From assembly GCA_018304055.1 (NCBI GenBank), contig JAGVWY010000001.1:1-41797 (forward strand): DNA of 41,797 bases, given 5' to 3'. Source of the stretch: Candidatus Pacearchaeota archaeon (lineage in GTDB: Archaea > Nanobdellota > Nanobdellia > Pacearchaeales > GW2011-AR1). Of this stretch, positions 25,235 through 35,783 are shown in pieces (within the stretch, counting starts at the first letter, position 1; every line of letters starts with the position of its first letter). The translations under genes and the position numbers were made by a program. The notes under the pieces were generated by a model. That model saw only the letters and a list, made by a program, of their open reading frames with translations, was not told where the DNA came from and did not search any database.

Positions 25235-28200
25235 ATGGCAAATGTTGAACAAAGAGGAACTTTAGATTTTAAAAATGGACTTTATTTAGAACTAGATGAA
25301 AAATTAAGACCAGTTTTTAATCCTTTAGTTGAAAAAGGAATTCTTAGCTCTTATCAAGATAATGGTTCACTATATATTTCAGTAGATGAAATTAATGAAC
25401 TAATGAGAGTTTTTGATAGGAAATTTAAGTTTTCTCCAATGATTCTTAAAGCATATGACAGAGTAAGGCATATTCCATTAGAAGAAGCATATAATTTGAT
25501 TGAAGAACAAAATGATTCTAACTTACAGGTTGATAAATTAAAACAAGCAATTTCAAATAATGAATTAAGAGTATATAATTTCAAAGGACAACAATTTATT
25601 GATAGATTGGATATAGGTAGAGTATATCATCAAGAAAGAAAGTATAAAGAAGGATTGACTATAGAGAGATATTTTTCAAGGGAAGGTGAAAATCCATTTA
25701 ATAGTGTTGGAGAATATCATGAAATTGACCTTTTTATCCAAAAAGAAGGAAAAAAGGATTTTAGCATGCCTAATGCTTATTTTCCTAAATCATGGGAAAA
25801 TCAAACTGCTAATAATATTGTTGGCGATAAATATTTTTTTAAGCCGACTAAGCCAGAATGGAAAGAAAAATTGAAACAAAAAATTGGGAGAGAATATGAA
25901 TTCTCACCAACTCATTTAATTAATAGAGTTACGAATTATATTGCAGATGAAGGATTTAGACTTGGATATTTTAAGACAGAAGAGGATAAAAAAGCATTTG
26001 CTGATGAATTAAAATGGCTTCAGATTAATAGAAGGTTTGCATTTAATTCTCCTGTTCAGTTTAATTTTGGAATTTATAATGAATATGGAGTTGAAGGTGG
26101 AGGAGGAATTAATTATTATAGGGACCCTGAAACAGGGGAAGTTAAAAAAATTGAAGAGGGATGTTATGTAAAACCACAAGGACATGCCTGTTTTATAAAA
26201 GGACCAAAAGATGATTTAGAAAGTATTTTAATGCATATGGTCCATGAAGGAGCTATTTTTTCTTCTGGTTCTGGTATTGGGCAGAATATAGGAGTTTTAA
26301 GAGGAGAGGGAGAACTTTTATCAGGAGGAGGATTTGCATCAGGACCACTAAGTTTTTTTGAAGGTTATGATAAAAATGCCGGAGGAATAAAATCCGGAGG
26401 CAAAAGTAGAAGAGCAGCAAGATGGACCGGAATGGATTACAATCATAGAGATATTATGAAATTTATAAGAGCTAAAATAAAAGAAGATAAAAAATGCTTG
26501 GATTTAATTAAATTAGGTTATAACGCTGGAATGGATGGAGAATCGGCAAGGACAGTCGCTTATCAAAACACAAATATTACTGTAAGAGCTGATGACGAAT
26601 TTTTTAATGCAGTTGAAAATGATGGAAAGATTCAACTAAGAAATGTTACTGATGGAAAAGTTGTAGAAGAAATTTCAGCCAGACAAATGCTTAAAGAAAT
26701 TGCTTTTGGTAGCTGGAGAATTGGCGATCCTGCAATTCAATATGAATCTGAAATTCAAAGAATGCATACATGTAAAAATTCTGGAAAACAACAGGCAACA
26801 AATCCTTGTTCAGAATATCTTTTTTTAGATGATACCTCTTGTAATCTTTTATCTCATAATTTACTAGCTTATTGTGATGAAAGAGGAAATTTTAATGTTG
26901 AGGGATATGGCCGAGCAGTAAAATTAACTGCAATTGCATCAGATATTATTAACGATGCTGTTTCGTATCCTGTCGAAGATATTGCAACAATAAGTACTGA
27001 ATTCAGAACAGTTGGTGTTGGAAATTGTAATGTTGGGTCACTGCTTATGAGAAAAGGAGTGCCATATGATTCTGAGGAAGGAAGAGCAATAATAGCAGCA
27101 ATTACTGCTTTAATGACTGGAAAAGTTTATGAAGCATCAATAGAGTTGGCTGAAAGACTAGATCCATTTGTTCATTTTGAATTTAATAAAAGACCATTTA
27201 TTGAGGTAATGAAAAAACATCAGAAAAATCTTGATGAAATTGTTTGGGACCATGTATCTGATAGTGGATTAAGAGAAGCAGCCTATAAGTCGTGGGATAA
27301 TATAATTAGAAGAGGTGAAGTTTTTGGTTTTAGAAACGCACAAGCAACTGTTTATGCTCCTACAGGAACAATTGCATTTTTAATGCATGCTGATACAACA
27401 GGTATTGAACCAGCTTATGCTTTAAAAATTGGGAAAGAACTTGCAGGAGGAGGTTTTGTTAACATAGTAAATATGGAAGTTCCTAATGCTTTAAGAAATC
27501 TTGGATATAATGATGATCAAATAAAAGACATAAAGGATTTTATTGATAAAAATGATGTTGTTGTTGGAGCCCCACATATAAAACCAGAGCACTACCCTAT
27601 ATTTGATACTGCTAATGGAGATGCAAAAGGATGGGGAAGTATAAACTTTGAGGGCCATGTTAAAATGCTTGGGGCAGTTCAGCCATTTGTTTCAGGAGCA
27701 ATCTCAAAAACCTGCAATTTACCTGAAAGTTCTACTGTCAAAGACATTTATGACAGCTATTTATTAGGAAAGAAACTAGGATTAAAAGCATTAGCAGTAT
27801 TCAGAGATGAGAGTAAGCCAACTGCTGCACTAAAAAGAAAACCAGAAGATTTTATAGAATTGAAGAGAGGTGAAAAAGAAGATTTACCATTTAGCGGGAA
27901 TTCTTTCAGACAAGCGGTGAGTATAGGCAGAGTTCCTTTCTTAATTAATATCGGCGAATACAACGATGGTAGACCAGGAGAAATAGTAATAGAATCGTAT
28001 ACTTCAGATTCTACATTGGGCGCTCTTTTAAAAATAGCTGGAATTGATGCTTCAACTGCTTTAAAAAGAGGAGTTGATTTAGAAGATATAGTTAAAAAAT
28101 GGGTTCATGGTTTTGAACCAAAAGGATTTGTAACAGTAGAAGATGAAAACGGAAGAGTAATTCCACACCCATACATAAAACAAGTAAATTCTCCCTTAGA

Positions 28201-28549
28201 TTTCATAAGAAGATTGACCTTACTTCATTATAAAGGAGATATTTCAATAGCCCAAGAACCAGAAAAAGTAGATACAACTAAATTAAGAGGATATACGCAT
28301 GGAGCATTTAGGACATACAAAAAACTAAAAACTAACGATTGGGATTTTGAAACAGTAATTAACGATCCTGAATTGGGCGGATTTGAAACATCTCGCGGAA
28401 AGTTAGAATTGTCTAATGGAAGTAAAAATAATTTAAATAATTCAAGAGGAGTTACCTGTCCAGGTTGTGGTAGTTTAATGAGGCAGATATCTTCAAATTG
28501 CTTTTCATGTGAAAGATGTGGAGATAAAATAGGCGGTTGTGGAATGTAA
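25235..28549 (+). CDS. nrdJ: adenosylcobalamin-dependent (class II) ribonucleotide reductase
   Basis: FNSPVQFNFG, ACFI, SGSGIGQNIGVLRGEGELLSGGGFASGPLSF, GGKSRRAA, NPCSEYLFLDDTSCNL, FRNAQATVYAPTGTI, KTCNLPE, and a C-terminal Cys-rich tail CPGCG...CFSCERCGDKIGGCG. Start taken at ATG 25235 (the track start at 25220 is a GTG). Confidence 0.9.
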   Translation: MANVEQRGTLDFKNGLYLELDEKLRPVFNPLVEKGILSSYQDNGSLYISVDEINELMRVFDRKFKFSPMILKAYDRVRHIPLEEAYNLIEEQNDSNLQVDKLKQAISNNELRVYNFKGQQFIDRLDIGRVYHQERKYKEGLTIERYFSREGENPFNSVGEYHEIDLFIQKEGKKDFSMPNAYFPKSWENQTANNIVGDKYFFKPTKPEWKEKLKQKIGREYEFSPTHLINRVTNYIADEGFRLGYFKTEEDKKAFADELKWLQINRRFAFNSPVQFNFGIYNEYGVEGGGGINYYRDPETGEVKKIEEGCYVKPQGHACFIKGPKDDLESILMHMVHEGAIFSSGSGIGQNIGVLRGEGELLSGGGFASGPLSFFEGYDKNAGGIKSGGKSRRAARWTGMDYNHRDIMKFIRAKIKEDKKCLDLIKLGYNAGMDGESARTVAYQNTNITVRADDEFFNAVENDGKIQLRNVTDGKVVEEISARQMLKEIAFGSWRIGDPAIQYESEIQRMHTCKNSGKQQATNPCSEYLFLDDTSCNLLSHNLLAYCDERGNFNVEGYGRAVKLTAIASDIINDAVSYPVEDIATISTEFRTVGVGNCNVGSLLMRKGVPYDSEEGRAIIAAITALMTGKVYEASIELAERLDPFVHFEFNKRPFIEVMKKHQKNLDEIVWDHVSDSGLREAAYKSWDNIIRRGEVFGFRNAQATVYAPTGTIAFLMHADTTGIEPAYALKIGKELAGGGFVNIVNMEVPNALRNLGYNDDQIKDIKDFIDKNDVVVGAPHIKPEHYPIFDTANGDAKGWGSINFEGHVKMLGAVQPFVSGAISKTCNLPESSTVKDIYDSYLLGKKLGLKALAVFRDESKPTAALKRKPEDFIELKRGEKEDLPFSGNSFRQAVSIGRVPFLINIGEYNDGRPGEIVIESYTSDSTLGALLKIAGIDASTALKRGVDLEDIVKKWVHGFEPKGFVTVEDENGRVIPHPYIKQVNSPLDFIRRLTLLHYKGDISIAQEPEKVDTTKLRGYTHGAFRTYKKLKTNDWDFETVINDPELGGFETSRGKLELSNGSKNNLNNSRGVTCPGCGSLMRQISSNCFSCERCGDKIGGCGM

Positions 28550-28714
28550 ACTTATTTTTTTAGGTTCAATAAACTTTATAAAACTATTAATTATTGTGTA
28601 AAGAAGACATTTCTGCAAATCATTTAAAACAAAAACATTTATTAACCCTTTTTTTCTATAAAATGTAATGACTAATTTATTTACAAGAGGCGATCTGACT
28701 ATTAGAGATGCAAA

Positions 28715-29050
28715 ATGGTTCCCAGTAATGAAATTGCAACGGAAATTACTCATGAAGAATTTAAAGATATTATAAATAATTCTCATAGATTAGTTATTGT
28801 TGATTTTTTTGCTGAATGGTGCATGCCTTGTCTAATGCTTGCTCCTTTCATAGAAGAATTAGCTGAAAAATTTGATAAAGTTAAATTTGTAAGAATTAAC
28901 GTTGATGATAACGAAGAGTTATCACGAAGATATAGGATTTCAAGCATTCCCTGCCTTGTTTTCTTTAAAGATGGAAAAGAAGTTAATAGAATAATTGGCA
29001 ATCAACCTATAGAGAACATTGAAGAAAAGATTAATGAATATCTTGATTAA
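28715..29050 (+). CDS. trxA: thioredoxin
   Basis: Active-site region VVDFFAEWCMPCLMLAP (CxxC, with Met where canonical WCGPC has Gly) and the cis-Pro region SIPCLVFFKDG. About 110 aa. Confidence 0.85.
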   Translation: MVPSNEIATEITHEEFKDIINNSHRLVIVDFFAEWCMPCLMLAPFIEELAEKFDKVKFVRINVDDNEELSRRYRISSIPCLVFFKDGKEVNRIIGNQPIENIEEKINEYLD

Positions 29051-29109
29051 TTGAAAAATATATTTTTGAAAGAGATAGAGTTTAAATATAATCTAATTTT
29101 TTAGAATTA

Positions 29110-29745
29110 ATGAGGAAAGGTAATTTTATAGTCTTTGAAGGCGTTAATGGTTGTGGGAAAAGTACTCAATTACACATTTTTATTAAAAATTTATACGAGA
29201 GCGATAAGTCTCGTACTATATTTGTAACACGAGAACCAAATGAATTTAGCGAGTATGGAAAATTAGCTCGAGAAATGCTTAGTGCAGACGGGGATCCTTA
29301 TCTTAACCAGCTTAAGGCAATGGAATATTTTACAGAAGCTAGAATAGTTCATAATGATATTTTTTTACCTTTATTAGAAAAAGGAATTGATGTTATTTCT
29401 GACCGTTACTACCATAGCACGTTTGCATTTCAACATGCGCAAGGAATATCTTATGAAGAAATTGCCGAAAGAAGCAAAAAAGTAAAAATTCCTGATATTA
29501 CTTTTATATTAGACCTTCCTATTGAAGAAGCATATTCTCGGCTTGTAAAAAGAGGCGATAAAAGAAGAAAATTTGATAAAAATCTAGATTTTTTAGAAAA
29601 AGTAAGACAGAATTATAGGGAATTGGGTACAACTTTACCACAATTACTCGAAGATAGAAGTATCATCTTCATTGATGGTAATCGCTCAATTGATATTATT
29701 GCTGAAGAAATTTGGGAAGTTTATAGAAGACGTTTTCCTTCATAA
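29110..29745 (+). CDS. tmk: thymidylate kinase
   Basis: P-loop FIVFEGVNGCGKSTQ and DRYYHSTFAFQ (DR(Y/H) motif). About 210 aa. Confidence 0.9.
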   Translation: MRKGNFIVFEGVNGCGKSTQLHIFIKNLYESDKSRTIFVTREPNEFSEYGKLAREMLSADGDPYLNQLKAMEYFTEARIVHNDIFLPLLEKGIDVISDRYYHSTFAFQHAQGISYEEIAERSKKVKIPDITFILDLPIEEAYSRLVKRGDKRRKFDKNLDFLEKVRQNYRELGTTLPQLLEDRSIIFIDGNRSIDIIAEEIWEVYRRRFPS

Positions 29746-29799
29746 ATAATACCAACTAATTTATAAACTAGAATTTTCTTTACAATTTATTCATCAAAT

Positions 29800-29874
29800 G
29801 GCTCCATAGCTCAGCCTGGTTAGAGCACCGGCCTTTTAAGCCGGGTGTCGGGGGTTCAAATCCCCCTGGGGCCA
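29800..29874 (+). tRNA. tRNA-Lys (anticodon UUU), no encoded CCA
   Basis: Hand fold: GGCTCCA TA GCTC AGCCTGGTTA GAGC A CCGGC CTTTTAA GCCGG GTGTC GGGGG TTCAAAT CCCCC TGGGGCC A. Confidence 0.95.
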
Positions 29875-29931
29875 TGTATTATTGAACGAAGTGAAATAAT
29901 AGATGTTCTTGAATGTATTTTAATTCACTTA

Positions 29932-30006
29932 GGGTTCAAATACAGAACATTGCTTTGCAATGTGTGTTGCCAAAAATCAAAGATTTTTTAGCACCCCTTG
30001 GGGCCA
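29932..30006 (+). repeat. degenerate second copy of the tRNA-Lys T-loop and 3' acceptor strand
   Basis: gggttcaaat (29932-29941) repeats 29852-29861. ccccttggggccat (29994-30007) repeats ccccctggggccat (29862-29875) with 1 mismatch. The two pieces are split by 52 nt containing a 6-bp hairpin (cattgc/gcaatg). Confidence 0.4.
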
Positions 30007-30015
30007 TCACAAAAT

Positions 30016-30166
30016 TTTATATAGAGGACTTTGAATAATTAACATTTCCGAAGACTTCAATCTTCTCTGAAGTTGAAGTATTAGGAATTTTAATTCCTAA
30101 GGAAATCTACTCAAAGTCCTTCTTAGAGAATTTTTATTTCCTAGGTTTTTCAAAATTCTCTTAAGA
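30016..30166 (+). repeat. structured repeat element, copy A (long form)
   Basis: Shares with 35784..35884 the blocks ttttat(at)agaggactttga, atttccgaag, ggaaat, tcaaagtccttcttagaga and aggtttttcaaaa.tctct. Stems: aggactttga/tcaaagtcct (30025-34/30111-20), atttcc/ggaaat (30044-49/30101-06) and agagaatttt/aaaattctct (30125-34/30152-61). About 50 nt carrying two extra hairpins are inserted in the apical loop. Confidence 0.55.
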
Positions 30167-30314
30167 ATTTTTAGAAGTCATTAAACAAAATAAATGATTA
30201 TTGATATTCATAACTAAGTTTATAATAATAAAATAATTAATATTTTTATGGAAATAAAGAAAATTTTGCAAAATTAACAAAATTTTCAGTCTTTCCATTT
30301 TTCATAAATTCAAA

Positions 30315-30956
30315 ATGGAAATAAAAAATATTTTAAACATTTTGGAAAAACATTTTCATAATGAACAAAGAACTACTCTTAACAGTATGAGGGGAGAAGA
30401 TCCTTTTAAAGTTTTAGTTGGATGTATTGTAAGTATTAATATTAAAGATGAAGTTACTAACAAAATTTTAGAAGAATTATTTTCTAAAGTAAGAGATTTT
30501 AATGAATTGCTTGAAATGGATAACCAGGAATTAGAAAATATTTTGTATTTAGCTAGATATAGAAAAGTAAAAGCTAGAACTTTAAAAAATATCTCAAAAG
30601 TAATATTGGAGAAATATAATGGAAAAGTCCCGAACACAAAAGAAGAACTATTATCTATTAAAGGCATAGGTCCAAAAACAGCCAGTGTTGTCTTAAATTT
30701 TGCGTTTAACAAGCCTTTTATTCCTGTTGATTCAAATACCTTAAGAATTGCTAATAGAATTGGATGGATAAAAACAAATAAAAATGAAGAAGTTGAGAGA
30801 TTATTAATGGAATCTTTAAACGAAGACATGATAAGAAAAGCAAATGCCATATTTATGCTTCATGGAAAAAATATCTGTGTTCCTGTTTCTCCTTTTTGCA
30901 GTAAATGTCCTGTTAATAAATTTTGTAAGAAAATTGGAGTGGAAAAATGGAGGTGA
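30315..30956 (+). CDS. nth: endonuclease III (HhH-GPD DNA glycosylase with 4Fe-4S loop)
   Basis: HhH motif LLSIKGIGPKTASVVL, catalytic-region PVDSN, and the C-terminal C-x6-C-x2-C-x5-C (CVPVSPFCSKCPVNKFC). Confidence 0.9.
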   Translation: MEIKNILNILEKHFHNEQRTTLNSMRGEDPFKVLVGCIVSINIKDEVTNKILEELFSKVRDFNELLEMDNQELENILYLARYRKVKARTLKNISKVILEKYNGKVPNTKEELLSIKGIGPKTASVVLNFAFNKPFIPVDSNTLRIANRIGWIKTNKNEEVERLLMESLNEDMIRKANAIFMLHGKNICVPVSPFCSKCPVNKFCKKIGVEKWR

Positions 30957-31067
30957 TTATTTCATATTTACGGAGATGCCTGATTTGTTTGTGTTTACTT
31001 TCAATAAAAAATTCACTAACAAAAAGTAATAAGGAATTTATAAAAACAAACTCTTATTAAAAATATT

Positions 31068-31592
31068 ATGAATTTATTTAGAAAGAAAAAAGCAAAATTA
31101 GAATCATTAGATATTTATGTAACATTAAAAAGATTTGATTTTTATTTTGATTATGGGCTAATTGGGGAGGATCATTTCTTAAATTCTTACATAGAAGAAA
31201 TAGATAAACAAAAAAAGGATGGATTTTTTCTTCATGTTAAATTACCTTTATTTAATTTCTATTTAATAGGTTGTTCTAAAAATGCAGTTGGGGGATGGAA
31301 ATCTCTTGAAACTGCAATAAGAGCTCATGAAGAAACTCATTTTTTAGATAGATATGGAAAGTTAGGCATTCTGGAAAAAAGAATGAAAAATAAAGGAAAA
31401 AACATCTCTTTTCATTCTATAGAAGATAGAGAAGTTAGAGCGAATATAGGTTGTTTATATGCTTTAGATGTGCAGGGCAGAATATGTGAAGATAATGAGG
31501 TTGATGAAGATAGAATTTCTTTAGGATCCTTAAGGAAATTTACACAAGATTATTCTCTAGATGAAGCTATGGAAATTTACTTTGGAAGATAA
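31068..31592 (+). CDS. hypothetical protein
   Basis: Track ORF. A single HExxH string (AHEETHF) is the only motif, which is not enough to call a metallopeptidase. Confidence 0.55.
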   Translation: MNLFRKKKAKLESLDIYVTLKRFDFYFDYGLIGEDHFLNSYIEEIDKQKKDGFFLHVKLPLFNFYLIGCSKNAVGGWKSLETAIRAHEETHFLDRYGKLGILEKRMKNKGKNISFHSIEDREVRANIGCLYALDVQGRICEDNEVDEDRISLGSLRKFTQDYSLDEAMEIYFGR

Positions 31593-31634
31593 TAAAAAAT
31601 AAAAGAACACCTCTTCTTAACAAAAAATAAAGAT

Positions 31635-31901
31635 TTACATTAATTGTCTTCGTATGGAATCTATGTCATCAGCTATTCCTTCGCCTTTCTTTGTTAGCTT
31701 TATTAATTTTATTCTTCCTTTTTTCTCAAATAACACTAATCCTAGTTCCTCTAACGTTTGAAGTATTTTCACTGCATGTGAATACGTACAGTCAACTTCT
31801 TTTGCTAACAAAGAACCATATCTTGCTCTAGACATTTTTTTTAAAGCCACTAACATTAAAGCAGGCTTTCTTCTAAAAAATATATCAAAATTGTCTTTCA
31901 T
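31635..31901 (-). CDS. small winged-helix transcriptional regulator
   Basis: YGSLLAKEVDCTYSHAVKILQTLEELGLVLFEKKGRIKLIKLTKKG is an HTH plus wing. 88 aa. Confidence 0.65.
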   Translation of the reverse strand: MKDNFDIFFRRKPALMLVALKKMSRARYGSLLAKEVDCTYSHAVKILQTLEELGLVLFEKKGRIKLIKLTKKGEGIADDIDSIRRQLM

Positions 31902-32184
31902 TTTGCTTCTGAAGGGATTTATTTAAGGTTTAAAAAGTTTCAATTTAAAAATACTTTTTGAAACCATATATTTAAGTTGTATAATAGCTTATAAAGCTTT
32001 CTGTTAAAAAAGTTAACCAAGCAGTAACAAATTGTATTTATTAAAAGCTCATGCTATTAATGTTTTCCATCCGTATACCTATAAACAGAGTCCTGACCGA
32101 GGACTTACTATTGGTGTTTGAGAAGAATGCAGAGAACGTGACAAACAATTATCGTCTTATTTATCTGATTCACTAAAAGAGGGA

Positions 32185-32661
32185 ATGCACATTTTAGTCC
32201 ATGATTGTTCATGTGGAAATATTATAACAGACAGCTTAGAAATTGTTACCTTGGAGTCTGATCCTCTTTTTGCTGTATTCTTTGATGAACGAGTTGAACA
32301 CATTGTCACGACACCATCTGGTGTTCCTATTCCAGATAATAAACCAGAGAAAATTTCGCCAGAACAATGGAATCTACTCAACAGATTTTATATTGCTCAT
32401 TTGGCATTAGAAAGAAAAATACAACCTCATGATCGGCAGATTTTTATTGGAGGAGTATTTGAAAATTGTGTTGCCAATGCGATCAGCTATTATAGTGCTT
32501 TCTACAAACAGCATATCGAAAGATTATTCTATATTCCAGACCTCTGCGTGAGTTTTGATGAGACAGAAAAGAAAAAGACAGAACAGCGAATGATGATTAA
32601 TAATTGCAGAACAATTACGATTAATGAATCACTTACGTTATGCAATAGAAAATATGATTAA
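32185..32661 (+). CDS. hypothetical protein
   Basis: Track ORF, noticeably more G+C than its neighbours. IFIGGVFENCVANA faintly resembles the cysteine-hydrolase (isochorismatase-like) Cys strand, but this is not a call. Confidence 0.5.
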   Translation: MHILVHDCSCGNIITDSLEIVTLESDPLFAVFFDERVEHIVTTPSGVPIPDNKPEKISPEQWNLLNRFYIAHLALERKIQPHDRQIFIGGVFENCVANAISYYSAFYKQHIERLFYIPDLCVSFDETEKKKTEQRMMINNCRTITINESLTLCNRKYD

Positions 32662-32675
32662 AATCTTTCTCAATA

Positions 32676-34669
<1,994 letters not shown>

Positions 34670-34689
<20 letters not shown>

Positions 34690-35032
34690 ATAATTTATTG
34701 AAATAAGATTGAGTTTCTTTTACTGGATGCCTATTACCATCCCACCCAAATCCAAAGGCAGTAAAACCATGGTCCATGCCAATACATAAATATTCTAAAA
34801 AACTTAATGGGTTGTTATTTGTTCCATTACCTAAAAATGAATGTGATGTATTTTCCCTAGCTAACCTTGTAAATGAATCTACTATTTTCCTATAATGCTC
34901 TTCGTCTTGTGATTTAGCAAGTATTTGTAAAGCTCTTCCTAGATTTGCAAGCCTTACACTATAAACATTTCTATAACTTTCAATTTCTTCTGCATAATTT
35001 CTTGCTTGTTCAGGTGTTTCAATTTTTTCCAT
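34670..35032 (-). CDS. hypothetical protein (second ORF between groES and groEL)
   Basis: Track ORF. Its ATG shares nt 35032 with the upstream stop (TAATG). No motif recognised. Confidence 0.65.
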
Positions 35033-35400
35033 TATTTTAATAAGTCATCTAAATATTTAATTGTTTTTTGTCTTTTTTGTTTATCTTCATTATAAATTTC
35101 TAAGTATACTTCAAAAGCTCCTAACTTTAAATTGACTGACGTATCTAGGATTTGATAGATTAATACATTGGGATACCCAAACTCAGAATTAAAAGACTCA
35201 TGTATTTTAGGTAAACCTGCAATAATAAAAGCTTTTTGAATACTTCGGTAAGTATTTCCATTTATATCTCCAGGGAGACCTATGCGAGTTGCATAATCTT
35301 TATCATCTTTAGTTAAGTCTTCAATGCCTATTATTTTATACATTCCAAGTTTTCTCTCTACCCTTGGAACTTCCTCAACTGTTCTAGTTTTTACCATCAT
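35032..35400 (-). CDS. hypothetical protein (first ORF between groES and groEL)
   Basis: Track ORF. Its ATG overlaps the groES stop (ATGA at 35397-35400). No motif recognised. Confidence 0.65.
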   Translation of the reverse strand: MMVKTRTVEEVPRVERKLGMYKIIGIEDLTKDDKDYATRIGLPGDINGNTYRSIQKAFIIAGLPKIHESFNSEFGYPNVLIYQILDTSVNLKLGAFEVYLEIYNEDKQKRQKTIKYLDDLLK

Positions 35401-35666
35401 TCAATCCTCGCTAAAATATCTTTAAATTCTATAATTAAATACTTTACTCCATCTATCATAAATTCGTCTGATGAGTATCCTCCATAAAGTATTCTATCTC
35501 CTTTTTTTAAAGGCATTGCACCTTCTTTTAAAATTCCAACTTCCTCTACAATAGCCTGTTTCTTATCTTCTCTTGCTTCTTCAGGAATAAATATTCCGCC
35601 TTTTGTTTTTTCTTCTGCTTTTATTGGCTTTATTAATACTCTTTCACCAATTGGTTTAACGTTCAT
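35397..35666 (-). CDS. groES: co-chaperonin GroES (Cpn10)
   Basis: MNVKPIGERVLIKPIKAEEKTKGGIFIPEEA...GDRILYGGYSSDEFMIDGVKYLIIEFKDILARIE. This is the canonical GroES pattern including the mobile-loop region. Confidence 0.9.
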   Translation of the reverse strand: MNVKPIGERVLIKPIKAEEKTKGGIFIPEEAREDKKQAIVEEVGILKEGAMPLKKGDRILYGGYSSDEFMIDGVKYLIIEFKDILARIE

Positions 35667-35783
35667 TTTAATTCTTTAGAAATTTATTTCTATAAATTAA
35701 CTTCATAATACCCCTATTTAAATTTTTCTTTAGTGGAGTGTATATTAATATTTAATTTTTTAAAGAATTTTCATTCAATTTAT

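Noticed and set aside
25235-28549. Intein in the 1,100-aa NrdJ.
   Set aside because: The catalytic blocks run on continuously (for example NPCSEYLFLDDTSCNL). There are no intein block A/B or HNC-terminal motifs. The extra length is explained by the N-terminal extension and the long C-terminal region typical of this NrdJ type.
30248-30277. Short ORF atggaaataaagaaaattttgcaaaattaa resembling the first codons of nth (atggaaataaaaaatattttaaac), 67 bp upstream of the real start.
   Set aside because: About 28 nt of imperfect similarity in very AT-rich sequence. This could be chance and gives no further support for a duplication or a regulatory uORF.
30356-30850. Long antisense ORFs in the track: this one opposite nth, plus 67..351, 1110..1484, 1491..1796, 4487..4771, 5834..6061, 7559..7747, 9788..9985, 16792..16989, 18316..18684, 18825..19202, 20178..20360, 24033..24386, 24802..25041, 25064..25252, 25354..25584, 25686..25874, 27757..27963, 28505..28786, 28783..29001, 30844..31029, 32157..32381, 33266..33463, 33979..34299, 34387..34677, 36229..36432 and 40866..41078.
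   Set aside because: Each lies opposite or inside a gene with clear family motifs. Their products are low-complexity Phe/Leu/Ile/Ser-rich strings, typical of antisense frames in AT-rich DNA.
31068-31592. Zinc metallopeptidase call from HExxH (HEETH).
   Set aside because: A single five-residue pattern without the third ligand or Met-turn context. This is too common to support a family call.
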